This document shows, in pieces, positions 1 to 7,794 of a DNA stretch of 64,000 bases. Every line of letters starts with the position of its first letter. Position 1 is the first letter of the stretch. Source of the DNA: Candidatus Magasanikbacteria bacterium CG11_big_fil_rev_8_21_14_0_20_39_34 (lineage in GTDB: Bacteria; Patescibacteriota; Patescibacteriia; Magasanikbacterales; UBA922); NCBI GenBank assembly GCA_002787355.1, contig PCWN01000007.1:184996-248995 (forward strand). The letters run 5' to 3'. The position numbers and the translations under genes are program-made. The notes below the pieces were generated by a model. That model made no database searches and had not been told where the DNA came from. It worked only from the letters and a program-made list of their open reading frames with translations.

Positions 1-1374
1 CCTGTTGCACCAAACACCCCAACCAGTGATATTTCAGATCTCTACTTTAGTAAAGATACGGGAACACTGTATGTGCTCTATGATGGAGCAAACCGTCTGA
101 TTGAAATGGATCTTTCAGGAAATGTTATACAAGATTACAGTAATGTCCCCGTTGCAGATCAAGAAGGAGTGGTGATTGTTACTCATCATCCATCACTTTC
201 TGCTGATATTTATCTTGCTTCAGATAGTGGCAAACTTATTGGATGGTATTCTGGTTTTGCAGTTCGTTACTATGATGCAGATAAAGATGGTGTAGATCAC
301 TTTGTAGACTGTAATGATGCTGACCCTAGTATCTCCCAGGAACAAACCTTTTATCAAGACCTTGATGGTGATGGGCTGGGTTCTTCTGTAAGTGCGCTTT
401 TTTGCCAAAATACACCTCCAACAGGATATGTAGACAACTCAGATGATTTGGATGATAGCACACCGTACAAGCCAGAAGTAACGGGAGATTTGAATCTTCT
501 TCATGATGGAAATTTTGAAGAGGGAGGTATGTCCTCTTGGAAAGAGTATGGGACACCACTTATTGCAGAAAAGTTTCTAGAGACTGAAAAAAGTACGGGA
601 AATTCACAAGTAGTGCATCTTGTCACGAAAGCTGGGGCCGGTATTCAACAGCTTCATATTCCTGTTACTGCGGGTCATACCTATGAGTTAAGCTATGAGG
701 TACGTGTGGTACAAGGTGCATTGTATACCCGCTTAGGGGCAGGGGATTCCAACCATGATTTTGAGAACGTACAGCAAGTAGCAAAACTATCTTCTACTTA
801 TAGAGTTCAATCAAGACGCTTCGTTGCTCCTACAACAAACGATTTCCGATTGGTTATGGCTACTCGAGGAGAGGCAGATGTATATATAGATAATGTAAGT
901 ATAATTGAAGTGGATCCCAATAATTTGCTTTTAGATGCGGATTTTGAAGCAGAAAGTCCATGGACTTGGAAGAAGTATGCATTAGATCAAAGAGAAAAGG
1001 TTACCGATGATATCATCTTCGGAAATAAAAGTATGCATCTGTCTACTCCTCTTGCGACGGCAACGGGGGTACAGCAGACGGGTTTGTCCGTGAGTAAAGG
1101 AAAAAAGTATCGTTTACGTGTATTTTATAAAGTTAATTCCGGGAGACTTAATATTCGTTTGGGAGATAGAAATTCTAATTCTGATTTTCTTAGTGGCGAC
1201 CCTATCTTTTTTGATCTCATTCAAGATAGTTTTAAATTTAATACACGTGGTGAGTGGAAACTGTATACCAGGGATTTTGTCCCAAAAGAAGATTCAAATG
1301 ATTTTCGTTTAGTATTGAATCTCAAAAATGGTGAAGCCTGGCTGGACGATGTAAGTATTGTTGAGTTGCATTAA
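1..1374 (+). CDS. Secreted or surface protein, 5'-partial: Cys/Asp-rich Ca/metal-binding-like motif followed by two tandem CBM4/9-like carbohydrate-binding repeats.
   Basis: Frame 1 is open from nt 1 with no upstream stop, so the gene starts outside the window. The motif 'DADKDGVDHFVDCNDADPS...DLDGDGLG' is present. Two ~140-aa repeats each start 'N(L)L.DG.FE.G..W' and end 'DNVSI(I/V)E(V/L)', which is CBM_4_9-like. Confidence 0.5.
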   Translation, partial: PVAPNTPTSDISDLYFSKDTGTLYVLYDGANRLIEMDLSGNVIQDYSNVPVADQEGVVIVTHHPSLSADIYLASDSGKLIGWYSGFAVRYYDADKDGVDHFVDCNDADPSISQEQTFYQDLDGDGLGSSVSALFCQNTPPTGYVDNSDDLDDSTPYKPEVTGDLNLLHDGNFEEGGMSSWKEYGTPLIAEKFLETEKSTGNSQVVHLVTKAGAGIQQLHIPVTAGHTYELSYEVRVVQGALYTRLGAGDSNHDFENVQQVAKLSSTYRVQSRRFVAPTTNDFRLVMATRGEADVYIDNVSIIEVDPNNLLLDADFEAESPWTWKKYALDQREKVTDDIIFGNKSMHLSTPLATATGVQQTGLSVSKGKKYRLRVFYKVNSGRLNIRLGDRNSNSDFLSGDPIFFDLIQDSFKFNTRGEWKLYTRDFVPKEDSNDFRLVLNLKNGEAWLDDVSIVELH

Positions 1375-1406
1375 TTCTATACACAATTATTTCATAAATA
1401 AAAAAT

Positions 1407-1655
1407 ATGCATGAAAGAGAAACAGGTTTAAACCCATCAGAAACTTTGAAACAAGCCAAAGCACGAGCATTACGTTCTCTCGAGGAGGGAAATCTTCAAG
1501 GCGCAATTGATTCCATGGTATCAGATTTACAACGGGATCCAACTCGTCCTGATTTCCAAAAAAATATGATAACTGGAATGGCTCTTGCGTTAAAAGATGA
1601 TCCAGAACTTAATCGGAAAAAGGTAGAAGAATTTATTAATGGTTTTAATATGTAA
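1407..1655 (+). CDS. Small hypothetical protein (82 aa).
   Basis: Uninterrupted ORF with ATG in a tight gene array. No recognisable motif. Confidence 0.35.
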   Translation: MHERETGLNPSETLKQAKARALRSLEEGNLQGAIDSMVSDLQRDPTRPDFQKNMITGMALALKDDPELNRKKVEEFINGFNM

Positions 1656-1664
1656 ATATTACGT

Positions 1665-1922
1665 ATGTCAGGATTAAAGCGTGCTTGGGATATTTTGTCT
1701 GATGAACAAAGGCAGGTTGCATTGGATGATATTATTGCTTTCTTTTATGAAAAAAGAGATGAAAAAATTGGCGTCATAGCGGCAAATGAAATTTTAGATT
1801 TCTTTTTACAAAGTGGAGGCAAATATTGTTATAAAAAGGGGGTAGATGATGCAAAAAAAATTCTCAAACAACGGTATGAAGATTTGGAAGTGGATTTGGA
1901 TCTTTTGTGGAATGCAAAATAA
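1665..1922 (+). CDS. DUF2164 family small protein.
   Basis: The pattern 'LSDEQRQ.L...II.FF.E..DE.IG...A.EILDFF...G..Y..G..DA..IL..R' matches my recollection of the DUF2164 family. Confidence 0.55.
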   Translation: MSGLKRAWDILSDEQRQVALDDIIAFFYEKRDEKIGVIAANEILDFFLQSGGKYCYKKGVDDAKKILKQRYEDLEVDLDLLWNAK

Positions 1923-1993
1923 ATTCTAAAAAATAAAAAAAGACAGAAGCCTTTTTTAAAAAATTTTGGTTGAGGAGGTGGGCATGATGGGAG

Positions 1994-2323
1994 TCAGGAG
2001 ATGGAGGGATTGAAGACATCCTTCAGGTCATGGTAGCTCTGCAGCCCGCTCTTGACTTGGTTGAGCTGTACGAGCACACCGTCGGGGAGGGCCCCCGCAG
2101 GGAGGTCCTTGAGGAAGACCTCGAGTGCCCGTAGAACACGGGAGTTGTCCGATGCGATGTCGAGGTTGGAGAGCTCACGGAGGAGCTCCTCACTCATCCT
2201 CGTGGTTTGGCGTTGGTAGTACCAACCGAAGACCAACCTGGTCAGCCAGTTCTCCTTCCTGTACTCCCGGGTGATCCTCGAGATGTCATCCATAATTTGC
2301 GAGGCATTTGCCATGGCGGTCAT
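1994..2323 (-). CDS. Hypothetical 109-aa protein encoded in a GC-rich island with foreign-looking codon usage.
   Basis: This is the only frame open across the whole ~57% GC island. A GGAGG sits 4 nt upstream of the ATG and a TTGACA-like -35 lies upstream in AT-rich DNA. Third codon positions are strongly G/C, unlike the neighbouring genes. Confidence 0.4.
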   Translation of the reverse strand: MTAMANASQIMDDISRITREYRKENWLTRLVFGWYYQRQTTRMSEELLRELSNLDIASDNSRVLRALEVFLKDLPAGALPDGVLVQLNQVKSGLQSYHDLKDVFNPSIS

Positions 2324-2391
2324 CTGACCTCCGTCGTAGTTCTATAATCTCTCTATCATAATTTCATGTTTTTGTCAAGAAATTTACATAC

Positions 2392-2424
2392 AAAAAAACA
2401 CCGTTCATCGGTGTTTTTCTTTTT
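2392..2424 (-). terminator. Rho-independent terminator downstream of greA, bidirectional in form.
   Basis: Hairpin ACACCG-ttcat-CGGTGT is flanked by an A-run on one side and a T-run on the other. Confidence 0.6.
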
Positions 2425-2436
2425 ATGAAAAAAAGT

Positions 2437-2877
2437 TTATTGTATATTTACAATAGTATATTCGGTGCTTCCGGCCGGAAGTTCTATAGAGATAGTATCA
2501 CCAATTTTTTTCCCAAGAAGTGCGGTTCCAAGAGGGGAACTATGAGAAATAATATTTTTTTGTGGGTCTGTCTCTTGTGAACCGAGGATATGAAAAATCT
2601 TTTCTTTTCCTCCTGTTTGTACCGTTACACTATGCCCAATTTGTACTTCATCAGAACTTTTTGGTTGTATAATTATGGCTGTGTGTATTTGGTGGTCTAG
2701 TTTGAGTATAGCGTTATTAATTCCTCTGAGTTTTCCTTTGGCAAGTTGGTATTCGGCATTTTCTGAAAAATCTCCAAGCTCTGCCAGGCGTGCTACTTCC
2801 TTTGCGGCATGAGGTTGGGTATTCAGCTTTAATCTTTTTAACTTTTTTTCAAGCTCATCAAATTTTTCCTGGCTCAT
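2437..2877 (-). CDS. greA: Transcription elongation factor GreA.
   Basis: GreA N-terminal coiled coil ('EKFDELEKKLKRLK...') and C-terminal FKBP-like domain ('SPLGTALLGKKIGDTI'). The start is chosen at the internal Met 'MSQEKF'; the ORF track extends to 2949. Confidence 0.85.
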   Translation of the reverse strand: MSQEKFDELEKKLKRLKLNTQPHAAKEVARLAELGDFSENAEYQLAKGKLRGINNAILKLDHQIHTAIIIQPKSSDEVQIGHSVTVQTGGKEKIFHILGSQETDPQKNIISHSSPLGTALLGKKIGDTISIELPAGSTEYTIVNIQ

Positions 2878-2998
2878 CAGAGGGTCTTGTTTTATTTGAG
2901 AATATTTTCCAGGTTTTCTATAGGGAACTTGCATAAAGAATGGTATCAATAGAAAGAGCCCAGATTAGACTGAGCTCTTTCAAAAAAAGAATTGATTT

Positions 2999-3655
2999 TT
3001 ATTCTACGATAATTTTTCCTTTCATTCCATTTGCTCTGTGTTGACCTACACTACAGTAGTATTCAAATTCTCCGGTTTGCTCTGGAGTGAATTCTACAAA
3101 TGTCATTGGGTCTCCTTCACGGAGGTGTTTGGTATGTACATCAAGCTCGTCAACAACAAAGTCGTGATATCCCTGCTCACTCACGAATTCAATACGCACT
3201 TTTTCACCTTTCTTTACATGAAGTGTTGGATTTTCTACTCCGTCCATGAGGAAAAGGAAATTTTTACCAGAGAGTTTGATTGTTTGGTTCATTGCTGAGT
3301 TCATCATGTCACCTTCCATCATCTCAGTGTTGGTAGAGTGCATCATCTCTTCACCTTCCATCATCTCCGTATTGGTAGAATGCATCATCATGTCACTCTC
3401 CATCATTTCACTATTGGTTGCGTTCATCATGTCATCATCTTGCATCATGTGATCATCCCCGTCACCATCTGGATCCATCATGTCATCCATCATGTCGGAG
3501 TTTTCATGAGCTTTCATGTTATCAGTATCTTTTGTTTGTGGAGAGGTAGTTTGTGAACATCCAGAAAACAAAACGAGGGAAAACACCAATATAAGTGAGA
3601 GCGGTACAGCACTTCCGAGTACCATTTTTTTTGCAGAAGCTTCTCTTTGTGTCAT
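2999..3655 (-). CDS. Lipoprotein with a Met-rich (MM/MxxM) region and a C-terminal cupredoxin (type-1 copper) domain.
   Basis: Signal peptide plus lipobox 'LFSGC'. The tandem repeat 'MMHSTNTEMMEG' is Met-rich. The C-terminus 'YYCSVGQHRANGMKGKIIV' carries the Cys-His-Met pattern of blue copper proteins. Confidence 0.7.
   Translation of the reverse strand: MTQREASAKKMVLGSAVPLSLILVFSLVLFSGCSQTTSPQTKDTDNMKAHENSDMMDDMMDPDGDGDDHMMQDDDMMNATNSEMMESDMMMHSTNTEMMEGEEMMHSTNTEMMEGDMMNSAMNQTIKLSGKNFLFLMDGVENPTLHVKKGEKVRIEFVSEQGYHDFVVDELDVHTKHLREGDPMTFVEFTPEQTGEFEYYCSVGQHRANGMKGKIIVE
3311..3397. repeat. Imperfect ~42-45 nt tandem duplication inside the cupredoxin gene, encoding the MMHSTNTEMMEG repeat.
   Basis: Near-identical units 'accttccatcatctc(a/c)gt(g/a)ttggtaga(g/a)tgcatcatc...' are directly visible. 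Confidence 0.6.
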
Positions 3656-3791
3656 AAATTTACAGTTATGTATAACGGGCTACGCTTTTGCCTCATTGGA
3701 AGGAGACAAAAGGCATTAAATGAAATAAGGTAGGAAGCTTGTACAGTATAATAAATTTTCCAAATACTGGCAAGAGGCAAATTGGGGAAAT

Positions 3792-4319
3792 TTATTGTGT
3801 AAAAAAGATATGATAAATATAGGCAACCACCGGATCAGCAGAAGGTCCATGCGCCATGGCTCCTCCGAGTGCTCCAGTGATGGTTAGCAGGATAAGAGTA
3901 AGGAGAGAAAGGGGGACGATAATCATGGGTTGAAGAAGAAACTGAGAAAATTTATAAAATGCCTGTATGGGTTTTGTTTTGAGGAACTGAACGGATTGCA
4001 ACATGGGAAGTTGAAATATAATAGGGAGAAGATAGGCAACTGCTATGATGGCATAAAGAGTAAGTGTTGCCGATGCAAAGGTATCGTGGTATTCAAGTAT
4101 AGGGTCTCCATAACGCGTTTCTTCAAGAATATTTCCGGCAAAATATGCGGGAAGTGCAAAAAGTACACCAATGACACTAAGAAAAATCTTAAGATGTTTT
4201 ACAAAAGGATTTTTTAATTTTTTGTTGAGACTTACTATTTCCAATAAGCTGTATAAGGTAAGAATCCCAATAGGAAGATGCACTATAGCAGGGTGCATGG
4301 ATCCAAATGCTGATAACAT
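3792..4319 (-). CDS. DUF2231-like integral membrane protein.
   Basis: N-terminal 'HPAIVHLPIGIL' resembles the DUF2231 signature. About four hydrophobic segments. Confidence 0.45.
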   Translation of the reverse strand: MLSAFGSMHPAIVHLPIGILTLYSLLEIVSLNKKLKNPFVKHLKIFLSVIGVLFALPAYFAGNILEETRYGDPILEYHDTFASATLTLYAIIAVAYLLPIIFQLPMLQSVQFLKTKPIQAFYKFSQFLLQPMIIVPLSLLTLILLTITGALGGAMAHGPSADPVVAYIYHIFFTQ

Positions 4320-4491
4320 AAACTTCTGCTTATTTGTTTAGAACTTCATACGCCAGTATAGCACTTTTCAAAATTCAAGTGAATAAAAAGGAGAATATAT
4401 TTTCCCCTTGACAGATAGGAAAAAATATGATATAAATAGACAAAATAGTCCCCAAAATATGAACCAAATACAAACGGGACAATATAGACCG

Positions 4492-4848
4492 ATGTCAAGC
4501 ATGGCATCGATACTCCTTCTGACCATATTGGCACAAGTTCTCCTTGTGCCTTTTTTTACCTTAAATTACGAAAAAAGCGAAAAAAATTCGTCACATGTCA
4601 TAAAAGACCACCGTCGTGAGTTGAGTGATAATGCAAAGAGAAATGAGAAAAAGGATAGCGTTTTGGACAAAAATCACCATGAAGAGGGTCATCATGGAAG
4701 TCATCCAGATCATACCGAAGAGGAAGAAGAAGGTATGAGAATATTTTTATCCTTAGAAAAAGAAAAGTTGGATAAGGTTACTTTTCAGCAAGAGATTCTT
4801 GAAAAAGAAAAGCGAAGGAATGGGATTCTCTTTTTTAGCATGGTATAG
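4492..4848 (+). CDS. Membrane-anchored His/Glu-rich protein, possibly metal-binding.
   Basis: The internal ATG 'MSSMASILLLTIL' gives a signal-anchor. It is followed by 'HHEEGHHGSHPDHTEEEEEG'. The ORF-track start at 4408 is a TTG that coincides with a -35 box. Confidence 0.35.
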   Translation: MSSMASILLLTILAQVLLVPFFTLNYEKSEKNSSHVIKDHRRELSDNAKRNEKKDSVLDKNHHEEGHHGSHPDHTEEEEEGMRIFLSLEKEKLDKVTFQQEILEKEKRRNGILFFSMV

Positions 4849-4968
4849 AGGGTGTTATGTGTGTAAAAAAAGGGATGCTTATTTTTTGTGTTTCAAGTTT
4901 ATCCACTCCTTGTGTGAGAAGAAAGGTTCCCCTATAATAGATAAGTCAAAGAGAATAAAACAGAATGT

Positions 4969-5727
4969 ATGCACTTTGTAGCGTATTTAGTTTCTGCATT
5001 TTTAGCTGGAGTATTAACCTTTTTTGCTCCATGTACATTTCCTTTACTTCCGGGTTATTTAGGTTTTATTAGTGGTGCATCAGTGAAGGAAATTTCACAC
5101 GATAAAGATTTAAAAAGAAAAGTATTGAAAAATGCATTTCTGTATGTAATTGGATTTTCAGTCGTATTTATCATGATGGGGACACTCTTTGGCTTTTTGG
5201 GAGAGATTTTGGATGGAACAAGAGTTTGGTTAGAAAAGATTGGAGCCATTATTATTATTTTTTTTGGTTTGTACCTCATGCATATTTTTGATCTCAAAAT
5301 TCTTTACTTTTTGTCTGTTCAAAAAAAATTATCATTTATAAAGAGACTGACCCCAGGTAGACCCTTGAGTTCATTCCTTTTTGGAGTTTTTTTTGCACTT
5401 GGATGGACACCGTGTGTGGGACCCGTATTAGGTTCCATCCTTACTCTGGCAGCAACTTCCCAAGGAGCAAAAGAGGGAATGTTGTTACTTTTTGTATTTG
5501 CCACTGGGTTGGCGGTTCCTTTCCTTTTGGTTGCGGTCTTTGTTGGACAGGCGATGACACTTGTGAAAGAAATAAGTAAAATTTTGCCAATAATTTCATT
5601 CATTGGTGGAATGCTTCTCCTTATTATGGGGATATTGCTGCTTACCAATACCATTGCATATTGGATTGCTTGGATATATGATTCATTTTCTTTTCTCCAC
5701 TACCAAAGGATTCTTGACTATCTCTAA
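4969..5727 (+). CDS. ccdA: CcdA/DsbD-family thiol:disulfide transfer membrane protein (cytochrome c-type biogenesis CcdA).
   Basis: 'FFAPCTFPLLP' and 'WTPCVGPVLGSIL' are the two conserved Cys motifs of CcdA. It is a multi-pass membrane protein. Confidence 0.85.
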   Translation: MHFVAYLVSAFLAGVLTFFAPCTFPLLPGYLGFISGASVKEISHDKDLKRKVLKNAFLYVIGFSVVFIMMGTLFGFLGEILDGTRVWLEKIGAIIIIFFGLYLMHIFDLKILYFLSVQKKLSFIKRLTPGRPLSSFLFGVFFALGWTPCVGPVLGSILTLAATSQGAKEGMLLLFVFATGLAVPFLLVAVFVGQAMTLVKEISKILPIISFIGGMLLLIMGILLLTNTIAYWIAWIYDSFSFLHYQRILDYL

Positions 5728-5786
5728 AAAATTTGCGAGAATAGGAGCATAATATTTAGATTTTTTGTAAAATAAATAATCCTGTT

Positions 5787-6467
5787 ATGAAAAAAAGCAG
5801 AAGATTGAGTTCCATTTTTTTGTTTGTTGCCTTTGCTATGGTTCTTTCCATTACGGTTGGCTGTGCAAAAAAGGAAAATGTACAAGTAACATTACAAGAA
5901 CTTGCAAATTCATTTGATAATGCGCAGGAATATGCATTGCAATTTTCAAATGCGGAGGGAAGAAGTGTAGATGTGGCGCAAAGTAAGCTGGTATGGAAAG
6001 GGGGAACCATTGTTGGGACAGATCATAGTGGTACCGTGGATATACACGAGGGGCTAGTTTTTATTCAAGAAAATAAGATAGCAGGAGGAGAATTTGTAAT
6101 TGATATGTCTACGATAAAAGATGCAGATGGAAGTGAAAGACTTGAGGAACACTTAAAGGGTGATGACTTTTTTGTTGTAGATCAGTTTCCAGAAGCAACA
6201 TTTCAGATAACCTTGGTAAGGGAAACAGGAATAAAGGATGTGTACAATGTTTCAGGAGATTTGACCATCAAAAAGATAAAAAAATCAATTGTTTTTCCAG
6301 CTACTATAACAAGGTCAGAAGATGGTCACTTTAATGTAAAAGCAAATTTTCGTATTGACAGAACACAGTGGCATGTTGATTACAACTCAACTCGCTTTTT
6401 CAAACAGCTTGGAGATAAAGCCATCCGTGATGAGATAGAATTTGATCTTTCGTTACAAACAAAATAG
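5787..6467 (+). CDS. YceI-like lipoprotein (polyisoprenoid-binding family).
   Basis: Lipobox 'ITVGCAK'. 'DQFPEATFQIT' and the beta-rich middle region resemble YceI. Confidence 0.5.
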   Translation: MKKSRRLSSIFLFVAFAMVLSITVGCAKKENVQVTLQELANSFDNAQEYALQFSNAEGRSVDVAQSKLVWKGGTIVGTDHSGTVDIHEGLVFIQENKIAGGEFVIDMSTIKDADGSERLEEHLKGDDFFVVDQFPEATFQITLVRETGIKDVYNVSGDLTIKKIKKSIVFPATITRSEDGHFNVKANFRIDRTQWHVDYNSTRFFKQLGDKAIRDEIEFDLSLQTK

Positions 6468-6504
6468 TTTTGTTGGAGGCACCTGAAATACGGTGCTTTT
6501 TCAT

Positions 6505-7713
6505 ATGCAAAAGATACCTTTGAAAACAATTATTATCCTTCCATGCTTGGCTATCCTTTTTTCTGGATGTTCTTTCCATGTTTCGAAGAATGGGACAGAA
6601 ACGGTGGAGGCAAAAACGCAAGTACCAAAAGTAAAATTGGAAGATACTTTTGATATAGAAAAATATCAGGTAGAAGAGGGAGACACCTTTGCAAATATAA
6701 TGGCGAATTACGGAGTTTCTTATAGCGATATGCTTGATATTGTGAGTTCAAGTATGGAGATGTATGATCTTACAAAAGTAGTTGTAGGGCATGAGTTTCG
6801 TAAATATACAAAGGAAAAAAAGTTGATAAAAATTGAATATGATATTGATGCTGAAGATTATATCCTCATTGAAAAAAATTCTGAAGGAGTTGCAGTATCA
6901 AAAAAAACTATAGAGTATGAAGTAACCGTTACCTCTGCAAATGCAACTATAGATTCCTCTCTTTTTTTAGCAGGAAGTAAAGTTGGAATAAGTGATGAAA
7001 CTATTTTAGGAATGGCAGAAATTTTAGCATGGAACATTGACTTTGCAACACAGGTACAACAAGGCGATAGTTTTTCAGTAGTGTATGAGGAAAGAACACG
7101 AAATGGAAATCCTTCTCGGCCGGGGAATATTCTTGCTGTAAGTTTTACTAATTCTGGTGTGAAACATCAAGCATATAGGTTTGTAGATTCAAATGAAAAA
7201 GAAGGATATTACGATGAAAAGGGGAACTCTTTAGTTCGTCAATTTTTGCGTGCGCCACTTCACTATTCACGAATTACCTCTGGATTTGCCTATGCACGAT
7301 TCCACCCCATTTTAGGGAAAAATACACCGCATCGCGCCATTGATTACGCAGCGCCCGTGGGCACTCCGATCATGGCAACAGCAGATGGAACGGTAACCTT
7401 TGCGGGTTGGAGTACTATTGGATATGGAAATTTTATAGATGTCAAACATAATGGAATTTATTCGACACAATATGCCCACCTTTCACGTTTTGGTAAAGGT
7501 ATAAAAGCGGGGGCTCATGTACAGCAGGGACAGATTATAGGTTATGTTGGTTCCACAGGATACTCGACGGGGCCGCATTTGCATTATCAAATTAAGAAAA
7601 ATGGTCACTTGGTAAATCCACTAGAGATAGAGCTGCCGGCCGGGGATCCTATACCGGAAGATCAAAAAGAGGCATTTCAAAAATTTATTGAACCATATAA
7701 AGATCGTATCTAA
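6505..7713 (+). CDS. M23-family peptidoglycan metalloendopeptidase lipoprotein.
   Basis: Lipobox 'LFSGCSF'. C-terminal 'HRAIDYAAPVGTPIMATADGTV...GPHLHYQI' is the M23 HxxxD/HxH signature. Confidence 0.85.
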   Translation: MQKIPLKTIIILPCLAILFSGCSFHVSKNGTETVEAKTQVPKVKLEDTFDIEKYQVEEGDTFANIMANYGVSYSDMLDIVSSSMEMYDLTKVVVGHEFRKYTKEKKLIKIEYDIDAEDYILIEKNSEGVAVSKKTIEYEVTVTSANATIDSSLFLAGSKVGISDETILGMAEILAWNIDFATQVQQGDSFSVVYEERTRNGNPSRPGNILAVSFTNSGVKHQAYRFVDSNEKEGYYDEKGNSLVRQFLRAPLHYSRITSGFAYARFHPILGKNTPHRAIDYAAPVGTPIMATADGTVTFAGWSTIGYGNFIDVKHNGIYSTQYAHLSRFGKGIKAGAHVQQGQIIGYVGSTGYSTGPHLHYQIKKNGHLVNPLEIELPAGDPIPEDQKEAFQKFIEPYKDRI

Positions 7714-7715
7714 AA

Positions 7716-7743
7716 AAGGGAACCGCAAGGAACCCTTTTTTCT
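7716..7743 (+). terminator. Intrinsic terminator.
   Basis: AAAAAGGG-N12-CCCTTTTT hairpin followed by a T-run. Confidence 0.5.
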
Positions 7744-7764
7744 TTGCTTATTTTAGCTATTTTC

Positions 7765-7793
7765 TTGACAAAAAAGGAAAAATATGATACACT
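7765..7793 (+). promoter_or_regulatory. Sigma-70-like promoter for the HlyD-RND operon.
   Basis: TTGACA, a 17-nt spacer, then TACACT. Confidence 0.5.
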
Positions 7794-7794
7794 C

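Noticed and set aside
3038-3719. Several overlapping plus-strand ORFs (3038-3298, 3246-3452, 3338-3556, 3516-3719) with His- and Ile-rich repeats.
   Set aside because: They are antisense images of the Met-rich repeat (ATG/CAT) region of the cupredoxin lipoprotein gene. The repetitiveness derives from the minus-strand tandem repeat.
4408-4491. The ORF-track start at 4408 for the His-rich protein.
   Set aside because: The 'start' is a TTG that is part of a TTGACA -35 box (TTGACA-17-TATAAA). Translation more plausibly begins at ATG 4492 downstream of the promoter.
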